From NCBI GenBank assembly GCA_963710605.1, contig CAVQBA010000006.1, positions 128,001 through 192,000 of the forward strand: a stretch of 64,000 bases of DNA, written 5' to 3'. The stretch comes from an uncultured cyanobacterium. GTDB taxonomy: Bacteria; Cyanobacteriota; Cyanobacteriia; Cyanobacteriales; Cyanobacteriaceae. Both the position numbers and the translations under genes were made by a program. Below are positions 53,719 to 63,663 of this stretch, piece by piece; position 1 is the stretch's first letter, and each line of letters begins with the position of its first letter. The notes beneath the pieces are model-generated. The model saw only the letters and a program-made list of their open reading frames with translations. It made no database searches and had not been told where the DNA came from.

Positions 53719-56172
53719 TTACTGAATTGAATATAATTTATTCTTTATGTTTAATATTTCCAATATTGTGTCATCGATGATTATTTCTTCAATAACAGGG
53801 GCGGAGTTATTAACTAAAACGGTGACGGTAGCTTGATTAGAAAGATTACCATCGTTATCTTCTACAGTATAGGTAAATCGATCGAGTCCTACAAACTCGC
53901 TATTAGGTTGATAGTCAACTATGCCTTGTGAATTAACTGTGATAACGCCGTTACTAGGTTGGCTCGTTATTTGTAAGCTATTAGGTATTAATGTACCATC
54001 ACGATCGCTATCATTGGCTAAGACATCGATGGCGATATTTTCTCCTTGGTTTATGGAGATTAAATCGTTGAGGGCTAATGGGGCAGTAACGGACTGATTG
54101 TCGATTTTTACGTTATCGAGATAAATTGTCGAATCTGCGTCACCAAAGCCTAATAAATCAAAATAGAGAGTAACTTCAGTACCCGATGGTATGTCAGAAA
54201 TATCAACAGTAACAGTTTCATTAATTGTCAATTGTCCATTGTCCATTGTCAATTGCTCACCGCTGGATGTGCCACCAATTCTAACTCGATCGTCGAAGTA
54301 GGCTGTGCCGTCGTTTTGCAGGTTGAAGAAGCTATCGGTATTTGATAAAGTATTACCGAGAATTGGTTGGTTGGTGTTGGCATCAAGAAGAGCTACTTCA
54401 AAGGCATCTGGTGGTAGAATCGTGTTGTTGGTATCGCCATTACCTAGTTGGGCGTTAAAGCTAAATTGTAAGGTTTGACTATTTTCAGGGACGATAAAGC
54501 TTTGGGTGAAGTTACTTAAATAGGAAGAGTCTTCGGTGAGAATTGCTCGATCGTTTTTGACGGTAGCGGCACCTCGGTTATTCCAGCCATAATCAGGGTT
54601 TGTATTGTTACTAATAGCAAAGTCACCGTTAAGGATTTCTGCCATCAATCCACTAGAGGTTAGTGGTGCGGTGAGGGAGATTCCCACCTCTTCTTCGGAA
54701 GGAGAAAGGCTATTGCTGAGGTTGAAATCTAGAGAAGAATCCCCCCTAGCCCCCCTTTGTAAGGGGGGAACAAGATCGTGGTCGTGGTTGTCCGTTTGAG
54801 GTATTAGGGTATGATAAGTGTCGGTTTTTGTATTTTGAATTGCGTTGAGTATTAAGACGTTGATATCAGAAGGAAGTTTACGGATACTAGGGGCGAGATG
54901 GGTATTTAATAAGTCATGGGGGTGAGCTCGTTTGTCTAAATGTGAACCATCTACTGAGAGCAAGGCAGTAAAGTTATCGCCGATAAAGGTACGTTTACCA
55001 TTTTTATAACGAACATTTTTATCAAATTCTGAATAACCACCCATGAAGCCATAAAGGTGTGCGGCTTCGTGGAGGATAGTGGTAAGGAGATCGTATTTAC
55101 CATATGCTGGGGAGTCGGGAGTGGCTTGAAATGCCCAATCTGTATTATTGATACTGTATTCTTCGTTGGCGAAGGGTGTTTGGTCGATAAACCAGCCGGC
55201 ACCGTTAGCATCATGATCGATTTTAATAATACCAGCGTTAGGTTTACCTTGAGAGTCGAAACCTGTTATGGTAGCTTCTGCTAGTTGTCCAGAAGGTAAG
55301 TCTTTTATTTCATAAGTGATGTCTATATCTGTTTGGGGTATAAGGGTTGACCAGATGTGGTTTACGCTATTATTTAGTTGGTTAAGCGTTTGGAGATTTG
55401 AATTATGGATATTACTGCCGAAGAATTGGTCAGAAGATATGAGGCTGGGGAACGTGATTTTCGAGGTATTATTTTGCAGTACACCAGTTTGAATGGAGTT
55501 CAATTTGAAGAGGTTGATTTCCGAGGAGCGATTTTTAATAATATCTCGTTTGGCACCATTAAATTCGTTCCAACTAAGTTTATTAATTGTAATCTCTCCT
55601 GTACTGAGTGGTGGTTTTGTGGTTTGCCCCCACTGTTTGGATGTAATTTGCAATACTCTATCATAGAATCTTGTTATTTTGGAGATACTTTTGTTGATTG
55701 CGATTGGAGAAATAGTCAAATTAGTTGTCCCACCTTTGATGACGTTATTTTCGATAGGTGTAACTTGACTGGGCAAAGAGAAGCCAAAGGAACTGGTCAT
55801 TTTCTTTCTGGTGAAGTGATTGGACTCCAAAACTTTGGAATTGGTCTTAAAAACACTTTCGATAGAAATGGTGTTTTTCACTCTGGTATCTTTTGTCGAT
55901 GGCCTCGTAGAAGTCTTCTGCAATATCCGATTAGATAATAAATTAGCAGAATTATTAGAAGGTGAAGGTATTGTTATGATATTTAAATTTGTGAGATTAA
56001 ATATTTGATTAAAGTCAAAACGAGGTAAGTTGATTTGATTGTTTGGACTATTTAGAATATTTTGTAATTCTGATAATCCTATCAACCATACATGAGGATC
56101 TCTCCATTCGCTGAAGTTATCAATAGCGATAGAGCTCGCTTGTAGGGTGCGTTCTCTTAAACCGTTACATAT
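53719..56172 (-). pseudogene. 5'-truncated fragment of a giant extracellular protein: unknown tail, low-complexity linker, HExxH zinc-peptidase-like domain, beta-sandwich, Ig/cadherin-like domain
   Basis: Frame is open from 56172 with no proper start; DLPSGQLAEA, DANGAGWFID.TP, LLTTILHEAAH, IDVLANDSD..G...FTYTV.D; ends abruptly after one Ig domain. Confidence 0.7.
55405..55938 (+). CDS. Pentapeptide-repeat-family protein nested antisense inside the giant-protein frame
   Basis: N-terminal MDITAEELVRRYEAGERDFRG motif typical of cyanobacterial pentapeptide proteins; 5-residue periodic F/L pattern; GGAG at 55392-55395; no TTA/CTA/TCA codons. Confidence 0.8.
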   Translation: MDITAEELVRRYEAGERDFRGIILQYTSLNGVQFEEVDFRGAIFNNISFGTIKFVPTKFINCNLSCTEWWFCGLPPLFGCNLQYSIIESCYFGDTFVDCDWRNSQISCPTFDDVIFDRCNLTGQREAKGTGHFLSGEVIGLQNFGIGLKNTFDRNGVFHSGIFCRWPRRSLLQYPIR

Positions 56173-56204
56173 TTAAGACGATCCCATATAGCAAAGAACG
56201 CACC
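56142..56204. repeat. REP-like element GTAGGGTGCGTTCT...AGAACGCACC at the truncation point
   Basis: 10-bp inverted repeat at 56146-56155 / 56195-56204. Confidence 0.7.
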
Positions 56205-56211
56205 ACCCTTG

Positions 56212-56452
56212 TTTATTCACTAAAACGGTGACAGTAGCTTGATTAAAAAGATTACCATCGTTATCTTCGCTATGTATAGGTAAATCGATCGATTCCTACA
56301 AACTGATTATTAGGTTGATACTCAACTATGCCTTGTGAATTAACTGTGATAACGGCGTTATTAGGTTGACTAGTTATTTGCAAGCTATTAGGTATTAATG
56401 TACTATCACGATCGCTATCGTTAGCTAAGACATCGATGGCGATATTTTCTCC
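56212..56452 (-). pseudogene. Degenerate duplicate of the Ig/cadherin-like domain at ~53810-54047
   Basis: High DNA similarity to the other copy; stop plus 1-nt insertion at YT*-EDNDGNL. Confidence 0.85.
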
Positions 56453-56481
56453 TCGATCGATCGTCGTCATTTGTAAATCCC

Positions 56482-57816
56482 TTAAACACCATAAGGAAGC
56501 CCCTCACTATTAGATAAAGGAGGAGTCACACCATCTGGCACACCTAACTCATAGGTACGTCCTACTACATTAGTTTCAACTAATTGTAAACCTGCGGCAA
56601 CATCAATTAAAGGCTCAATATCATCGATCGGTTTACTTTTGAGATCGCTAGGATTATCATTTACAGTCTTAATAATCTGTTGAATATCAAAGATAAAAGT
56701 ACTAGCCGCAAAAGGATAAGTAGCATAGAGATAGCGATCGTTTCCAGAGACAGTTAAGCTAGTAGCGATCGCCCCTGGTACCGGTCTGGTGGCGGCAACT
56801 AGTTCAGGATTACTACCTAATGGATTTTTGATAATACCAATATTACTACCAGCAAACTCATCACTGATACTTGGAATGGTACTACCTAAATTGCGACCAT
56901 TACGCCCAACCACAAACCCATATTCAGTTCCAGTTATCTCATCATAAACAATCGTGACATCAACAGCCTCATTAACATCAAAGTAATCGTTAGTGCTACC
57001 AAGATTTAAGCCAGCATAATTAACCTTCATGGTAAAAGCATTAGAATCGTTGTTGGTAATAGTTAAAACACCATAACCTTGAGATTCATTTGCTCTGTTT
57101 GTAAATGCCATTTTCGAGTCACTAGGAGTATCAGAAATAGCTTTGACACCACTACCAACCTTGATAATACCGATTTGTTCGTGCCAACGGAAAAGATTAT
57201 TGAAACTGCTTATCGGTTGCTCATCGGGATTAATATTGATTGCCACAATATAACCATCACCCAAACTCCGATAACTACCTAAAGTAACAAAAAGACGATC
57301 GCCTTGATTGTTAATAGCAATATCTTGAATGTTGACATCATCAGTAGGAACATTCAGATTAATATTAGCAATATGTTGATTGTAAGTATCCGAATTAGCA
57401 TCAATATCAACTACATAGATCAGATTTTGATCACGATCGCTAATATAAGCATATCGATCGTTTTTACTAATGGTAATCGATCGAGGTACAGAACCCGCAG
57501 GTAAAGGAATCGGGTCAATTTGACTAGTATTAAGATTACCATCTAACTGCTTGAATGCCAGTAAATCAACCACCGCTACACTAGAAGAAGTTTCTAAAGG
57601 TACGTATAAACGAGAAGCCTTATTTGTAGGGGCAGAGAAGCGAGGAGTATCTTGAACAGCAGATGTACCTACGCCAATACTAGCTAAGAGAAGATTACCC
57701 ACACCATCAGTTTCAATAACTGTCTTTGGATTACTTGAGTTAATAATATTAACACGATCGGCAAAAGGTATAGTTGCGATCGCAAAATCAAATCCTAATT
57801 CTTCAAGGAAAGTTAG
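56482..57816 (-). pseudogene. Internal fragment of a giant protein, YncE/YVTN-like beta-propeller region
   Basis: Frame is open from 57816 without an ATG start; RLYV, RYAYISD, RLFVT, RYLYAT blades. Confidence 0.6.
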
Positions 57817-57939
57817 TCAAGGCTTTTAATGATAAAAAAGTAATCTTAAAAGAAGCTAGAGATAGTTATATTCAAATATTTTTTTTATAGTGCTAAACTA
57901 ACTATTGATACTGTCTGTAATCAAGAAGCACATAAAAAA

Positions 57940-58010
57940 TGGGTCGCCTGAGACTCGAACTCAGGCCGATTGGTTAAAAGCCGAGTGCTCTACCACTGAG
58001 CTAGCGACCC
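57940..58010 (-). tRNA. trnK: tRNA-Lys (UUU); anticodon-stem mismatch and short variable loop
   Basis: GGGTCGCTAGCTCAGTGGTAGAGCACTCGGCTTTTAACCAATCGGCCTGAGTTCGAGTCTCAGGCGACCCA. Confidence 0.88.
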
Positions 58011-58045
58011 TTTTGTTGTTGATGTTATTTTCAGCAACAGTAACC

Positions 58046-58074
58046 ATTATAGCTACTATTTTTTGAGATTGCAA
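58046..58074 (-). promoter_or_regulatory. Sigma70-type promoter for tRNA-Lys
   Basis: TTGCAA-17 nt-TATAAT on the minus strand. Confidence 0.65.
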
Positions 58075-58120
58075 GGGGTCAAGCCAAAAAATTTTCAAAA
58101 ACTTTTAAGCCTGATTTTCC

Positions 58121-59557
58121 CTAAGATTTACTCTCGGATTTTGCACTAATATCTAACAGTACTTCAGGCATCACATTCGGTGTCATCATTGCCCCTGGTG
58201 TATTCTGCTCATATATTTCACCCATAGGTAAAGTCTCTTGTCTAACTTGTTCTTGTGGGTCACCTTCAGGTAATAATTTAAGTAGTGGTAAAGGAAGTAA
58301 AGTTGATAAATTCGTAATCAAAAGTAATAACCACATATGCTCAAAATTGGTTTCGGTTACACCCAGCCATTTAGTCAGTAATGCACCTAATTCGTGAGAT
58401 AACAAACCACCCAAATTCCAAATTGACATTAATAAAGCAAAAAAACTAGCTTCAATACCTTCTGGGCATAAACGGGCGGATAAAACCAAAACGGGCATAA
58501 AAGCAATTTGCCCCATGACAGTTAAAACTAGACTATCACCTAAACTAAACCAGTGGTCATCGATACCAATGGCACGATTAGCATGAGTAACTAACAATAA
58601 ACTAGTCATACCCAATACTGAAGAAAGTACCACACACCAACCCAGAATAGTCCGAAAAGAAATTTGTTTTAACCACTGTTGGTAAGACCAAATACCAATT
58701 AGAGACGCTAAGCTGGTAATAAGACGTACTCTACCTAAAAATTCAGGGGTAAAACCTAATTCATTAGTAGAAAAGAAGAAAAAAGCAGAATCGGCACTAG
58801 GTGTACTTTGCCAGAGAAAAACAAACATCACAGGAGCAAAAATAGATGGTTGTCTAAGGGTTTGCCATAATTGCTTAACTTGTTCAGGAAAAGGTTTTAT
58901 TTTGGTTTCTTTGGTGACAGGTTGCTCAATTATTAATCCTGCTACAGTAATTACTAAAATAGGAAAACTAGCAACGATGAGAAATACTTGATTATTACTA
59001 AAATGTTCTAATAATAAACCACTAAAGTAGGCGGTAATTAAACCACCTAAAGCTGAGGTTGCCCATGTGACAGACTGTAATGAGCCAGATTTGGCTAATG
59101 ATTCTGATTTTGCTCTTTCTACTACTACAGAATCAACAATTACATCGCTCATCGCTACTGATAAAGATGTACCGAGGATTGCGATAACTGCACTCCACAA
59201 ACTATCAACAAATAGGGCTAAACTCAACCAAGAAATTGAGCCGAGAATACCTGCAAGGATAAGATAACTACGACGACGATAATTAAATAATGGTTTACCA
59301 TCGCTTAAAAAACCAATCACGGGTTTGGTTATCCAAGGAATAGAGGCGACTCCCATCAAGGCGGCTACTTGAGCAGGAGAAAGCATTAAATCATCTTTGA
59401 GGAAGAAACTAACGGCGAGTCTAGCTAATCCTAAAATACCTTGAACAAAATATACGGTTAAGATGGCAAATAATTCTGCTGTAAGCTTGTTACCAAATAA
59501 TAGTTTCTCTTCTATATATTGGATAACTTGATTTTTAAAATCTGTATTGACAAACAT
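58121..59557 (-). CDS. Folate/biopterin (BT1/FBT) MFS transporter
   Basis: VYFVQG.LGLARLA.SFFLKD, PW..KP..G..SD, LCPEGIEA. Confidence 0.9.
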   Translation of the reverse strand: MFVNTDFKNQVIQYIEEKLLFGNKLTAELFAILTVYFVQGILGLARLAVSFFLKDDLMLSPAQVAALMGVASIPWITKPVIGFLSDGKPLFNYRRRSYLILAGILGSISWLSLALFVDSLWSAVIAILGTSLSVAMSDVIVDSVVVERAKSESLAKSGSLQSVTWATSALGGLITAYFSGLLLEHFSNNQVFLIVASFPILVITVAGLIIEQPVTKETKIKPFPEQVKQLWQTLRQPSIFAPVMFVFLWQSTPSADSAFFFFSTNELGFTPEFLGRVRLITSLASLIGIWSYQQWLKQISFRTILGWCVVLSSVLGMTSLLLVTHANRAIGIDDHWFSLGDSLVLTVMGQIAFMPVLVLSARLCPEGIEASFFALLMSIWNLGGLLSHELGALLTKWLGVTETNFEHMWLLLLITNLSTLLPLPLLKLLPEGDPQEQVRQETLPMGEIYEQNTPGAMMTPNVMPEVLLDISAKSESKS

Positions 59558-59859
59558 TAAGTATTTTGATGTTAGTTTACTTAATATATCTTAATACATT
59601 AGTCTCGATCGACAAGTAAGATCACAAACAGATAACTGTATTTAAACTAAATAATAGGTCGCACAGTTAATACTTTTTAGTTTTGTTCAAATCAATATTG
59701 CTTGAATTAATATTTTCTGAGGTTACATTCGATAAATTGACATCAGTAAAAGACTTGAATATTACAAATAAATAGAGCTAAAAAATTTTCATTTAGTCAA
59801 TACGTTAATTCTTAATTACTATATAATGCTGTTGAATATGATCAAGATAATTAAAAATA

Positions 59860-60300
59860 ATGACCTTAAGTGAACAAATCAAAAACAAAGAAGTGAGTTC
59901 AAATATCGCCGTAGATTGTGTTGCATTGATGGAAGAGCAAGTTAGTGCTAAAAAAGGGATTAAAGGAGTAACATTTAAGACACTTTATAAAGGAATTAAA
60001 ACCATAAGTCCAGACTACACCACCAATGCAATAAAAGGGCTTTTACCTTCTATTTCTCAAGCGATCGATCCTCTTTGGAGTGAAGGAATCGAGCAAGGTA
60101 ATCCTGTTGATTATTTATCAAAGAATCAATCTTTAACTGCGGATACAATTTTAACAGTAACAGACAATAGAATCAAGAATTCTAGTAATAAAATTGTCAA
60201 GGCTAGTTATAATAAGGTGCGTAATTCTTTAAAAAGTGAAATTGAAGAAGTAGTACCACAATTAGCAGTTATCCTCGATCGAAATATTGCTTCTACATAA
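59860..60300 (+). CDS. Hypothetical protein (DUF6918-like)
   Basis: EQV.AKKG.KG...K..Y, L.VTD.RI, Y.K.R. Confidence 0.55.
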   Translation: MTLSEQIKNKEVSSNIAVDCVALMEEQVSAKKGIKGVTFKTLYKGIKTISPDYTTNAIKGLLPSISQAIDPLWSEGIEQGNPVDYLSKNQSLTADTILTVTDNRIKNSSNKIVKASYNKVRNSLKSEIEEVVPQLAVILDRNIAST

Positions 60301-60411
60301 AAAAACCATAATCACACAATTGATAATAATCTCAATTAATCGGCATAAAACTTAAGAATTAGAAATAAATTTTGATGCTTTATGTTTGGGTTAAGTTATA
60401 AAATACAGAAC

Positions 60412-61629
60412 ATGAAATCAGTCAAAGAAGTAGAACAAATAATTATTGATTTAGTTCAACCCCTTACAGAACATGAATTTGTACCTTTAAATAAAGCAAC
60501 TAATCGTGTTTTAGCCCAAAATATATCTTCAAAGCTCGATTTTCCTTATTGGGATAACTCAGCTATGGATGGTTATGCAGTGAGATATGTCGATGTCAAA
60601 AACGCATCGGCAACTAATCCTGTTTGTCTAAATATTGTTGAAGAAATTCCTGCTGGTTATTGCCCAAAAAAATCAATTAATAGTGGTGAAAGTGCCAGAA
60701 TTTTTACAGGTGGTATTCTGCCAACGGGTGCGGATACGGTGATTATGCAAGAAAATACTCAGCGACAAAATGATCAAGTCTCTATTTTTTCTGCTTCACA
60801 TCAAAATAATTTTGTGCGTCGTCAAGGTTCATTTTATCAAGCCCAAGACTGTTTACTCTCAGCTAGAATCAAAATAAATCCGCCTGAAATGGCTATTTTA
60901 GCTACTGCTCAATGTTTAAATGTACCTGTAATACGATCGCCTATTATTGCTATTTTATCTACAGGAGATGAATTAATTGCTCCCGATGAGCCTTTACATC
61001 GAGGTAAAATAATTGATTCTAACCAATATTTACTCACCAGTTTTTTAGAACAAAATAATGTAACTGTCTTACCTTTAGGTATTATCAGCGATAATTTTGA
61101 GGTTTTAAAACAAACGGTAAAAAATGCTTTACAACAAGCTGATTGGGTAATTTCGACAGGAGGAGTTTCGGTAGGGGAATATGATTATGTCGATCGAGTT
61201 TTAACTGAGTTAGGAGCCCAAATTGTAGTTAATAGTGTCAACATCAAACCCGGTAAACCTCTAACAGTAGCCCGTTTTCCTGAAAATAAACTGTATTTTG
61301 GGATTCCGGGTAATCCTGTTTCAACGATGGTTACTTGTTGGCGTTTTTTACAAACTGCTATTAGTAAATTATCAGGAGACAAAAACTATACATTACCTAG
61401 TATAGTAATAGGCAAAACTAAAATTAATTTAACATCTACAGGTACTAAAGAAACTTATATTTGGGGTCGTGCTACTTTAGTTAAAGGATATTACCAATTT
61501 TCGATCGCTAAGGGGGCATCTAGTTCGGGTAACTTGATTAATTTACAGGGAGTTAATGCTTTGGCTATTATTCGGGTAGGGACAAATTTGATTGAGACAA
61601 ACAACGATGTAGAAATTATGTTGATTTAA
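60412..61629 (+). CDS. moeA: Molybdopterin molybdotransferase
   Basis: NSAMDGYA, RIFTG, STGDEL, TGGVSVG, KPGKP, PGNPVS. Confidence 0.95.
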   Translation: MKSVKEVEQIIIDLVQPLTEHEFVPLNKATNRVLAQNISSKLDFPYWDNSAMDGYAVRYVDVKNASATNPVCLNIVEEIPAGYCPKKSINSGESARIFTGGILPTGADTVIMQENTQRQNDQVSIFSASHQNNFVRRQGSFYQAQDCLLSARIKINPPEMAILATAQCLNVPVIRSPIIAILSTGDELIAPDEPLHRGKIIDSNQYLLTSFLEQNNVTVLPLGIISDNFEVLKQTVKNALQQADWVISTGGVSVGEYDYVDRVLTELGAQIVVNSVNIKPGKPLTVARFPENKLYFGIPGNPVSTMVTCWRFLQTAISKLSGDKNYTLPSIVIGKTKINLTSTGTKETYIWGRATLVKGYYQFSIAKGASSSGNLINLQGVNALAIIRVGTNLIETNNDVEIMLI

Positions 61630-61679
61630 ACAATGTATCATTTGTTTTCCATTGTTTACAAACAGCCGTGAATTAAAAT

Positions 61680-62723
61680 ATGATGAATCAACTTTATAAC
61701 GCTTTTACTTTATTCACCAGTTTACTAGTAGAAGCAATGCCTTTTTTATTAATTGGGGTATTGTTATCTAGTGGTTTAATTTTATTTTTAGAGGATAATG
61801 TTTTAATTCAAAAAATGCCGAAAAATCCGATACTGGGTTCTATTGTCGGGAGTATTTTTGGTTTTTGCTTTCCTGTGTGCGAGTGTGGCAATATTCCTGT
61901 AGCACGTAGTTTTTTATTACAAGGTTTACCGACTTCGGTGGCGGTTTCTTTTTTACTAGCCGCACCAACAATTAATCCTGTAGTATTATGGTCAACTTAT
62001 ATCGCTTTTCGTGGACAACCAGAGGTTTTTTGGTTAAGAATTATTTTTTCTTTAACGATCGCTATTTCTATTGGTTGTATCTTTAGTTTTCAAACTGATG
62101 CTCGTCCTTTACTTAAACCAATTTTAGCTAAGCGTTTGACTACATTGATGAATCAGCAACAGAAAGCTGAATTAGCGTCAACACAAAATAAACTAGAATC
62201 AGATTACAATTTACTTCAATCAGGGAGTTTTATCTTATCAGACAAAGGTCAAACCCTTAAAATGGATGAGCAATTATTAAAGTCTTCTTCATCTGTAAAA
62301 AATTCTCGTGCGATTTGGCAACAGAGAATAAATTTATTTTTAACCAACGTTCATAATGAATTAAGAGAATTAGGTGCTGTTTTGATTTTAGGTAGTGCGA
62401 TCGCTTCTTTGATACAAGTTTTTGTACCCAGAGAAGTGATTCTTAGTTTGGGGCAAAGTAATGTGACTTCAATCATTGCGATGATGATTTTAGCGGCTGT
62501 TGTTTCTATTTGTTCAACAGTAGATTCGTTTTTTGTATTATCTTTTGCTTCTACTTTCACTACTTCTTCTTTAGTCGCATTTTTAGTTTTTGGTCCTATG
62601 ATAGATATCAAAGCTATTGGGTTAATGTTATCTATTTTTAAACCTCGAATGATTATTTATTTAATGTTGATTGCGGCTCAACTGACTTTTCTTTTAACTC
62701 TTTCTTATAGTTACTTCTTCTAA
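61680..62723 (+). CDS. DUF318/ArsP-type permease (YcgR-like)
   Basis: EAMPFL, PVCECG, AAPTINP, SICSTVD, GPMIDIK. Confidence 0.9.
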   Translation: MMNQLYNAFTLFTSLLVEAMPFLLIGVLLSSGLILFLEDNVLIQKMPKNPILGSIVGSIFGFCFPVCECGNIPVARSFLLQGLPTSVAVSFLLAAPTINPVVLWSTYIAFRGQPEVFWLRIIFSLTIAISIGCIFSFQTDARPLLKPILAKRLTTLMNQQQKAELASTQNKLESDYNLLQSGSFILSDKGQTLKMDEQLLKSSSSVKNSRAIWQQRINLFLTNVHNELRELGAVLILGSAIASLIQVFVPREVILSLGQSNVTSIIAMMILAAVVSICSTVDSFFVLSFASTFTTSSLVAFLVFGPMIDIKAIGLMLSIFKPRMIIYLMLIAAQLTFLLTLSYSYFF

Positions 62724-62749
62724 CCATCATCTTTACTTAATTAAGACTA

Positions 62750-63550
62750 ATGACTAAAGTAATTTCCCGAAAAAAATGGTTTGATGTTCTCGATTTTATA
62801 TCTATGTTTTTATGGTTTTTATTATTATTTAAATACTGGATCACAGGACAGTTAAATCTTTTAATTCATCCTAATTATTTTTTATTAGTCCTTGTGACTA
62901 GTCTGGTTTTACTTTTATTAGCAGTTGGTAAATTATTTTTAATTATTAGTAATTATCGTCCTCAATCTCAATGGTCAACTAGTAATATTAGTGGTCAACA
63001 AACTAGTTTATTTCCACCAGGATGGGGTAGTATTTTGTTAATTACGGTAGCCATTTTAGGTTTAGTTATTCAACCTCGTGTTTTAAATTCTGAAGCGGCT
63101 TTACAAAGAGGAATTAATGATTCTTTACCGCCGACTACTTTACAAGCTCAATCTTTTTTAAATTCAACTTCTCCTGAGCAACGATCGTTAATTGAATGGG
63201 TACGAACTTTAAATGTTTATCCTGAACCTGATAACTATACGAATCAACCGGCAAATTTGATCGGTTTTGTGGTTTATTTAGAGCAATTACCTGATAATTA
63301 TATTTATTTATCACGTTTTGTTTTGACTTGTTGTGCCGTTGATGCTTATCCTGTCGGAATCGTAGTTCATTTACCCCAGCCTCGTAGTCAATATGCGATC
63401 GATAGTTGGTTAGAAGTTAAAGGAATGATGCAAACAGAAACTTTACCACCATTAGATCCTAAAAGCATCAGTGAAAATCAACGTCAATTAGTTCTCAAAG
63501 CAACAGAAATTACCACTATTCCTACCCCTAGAAATCCTTATAGCTACTGA
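62750..63550 (+). CDS. TIGR03943-family permease partner (YcgQ-like)
   Basis: LLIHP.Y, RFVLTCCAVDA, P.NPY.Y; directly follows the permease. Confidence 0.85.
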   Translation: MTKVISRKKWFDVLDFISMFLWFLLLFKYWITGQLNLLIHPNYFLLVLVTSLVLLLLAVGKLFLIISNYRPQSQWSTSNISGQQTSLFPPGWGSILLITVAILGLVIQPRVLNSEAALQRGINDSLPPTTLQAQSFLNSTSPEQRSLIEWVRTLNVYPEPDNYTNQPANLIGFVVYLEQLPDNYIYLSRFVLTCCAVDAYPVGIVVHLPQPRSQYAIDSWLEVKGMMQTETLPPLDPKSISENQRQLVLKATEITTIPTPRNPYSY

Positions 63551-63663
63551 TAATAATTGAGAATGGAGAATGGAGAATTGAGAATGAAGATAGCTAAAAA
63601 GAAAAGGTGAGCATTGCCCACCTTACAATTAATAAACTTGAGTTGATAATCTAAATCTAATCG

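Noticed and set aside
53500-57940. tRNA-integrated prophage or ICE
   Set aside because: No integrase, phage genes or duplicated tRNA 3' end seen
4203-62611. Short overlapping ORFs (4203, 4369, 8502, 13965, 15035, 16500, 19191, 34951, 36815, 40688, 41769, 45688, 46863, 54605, 54951, 55057, 55820, 57079, 57304, 59067, 61185, 62351)
   Set aside because: 90 aa or less with no family motif, and almost all are shadows of real genes; unlike 55405-55938 they have no recognisable N-terminal signature
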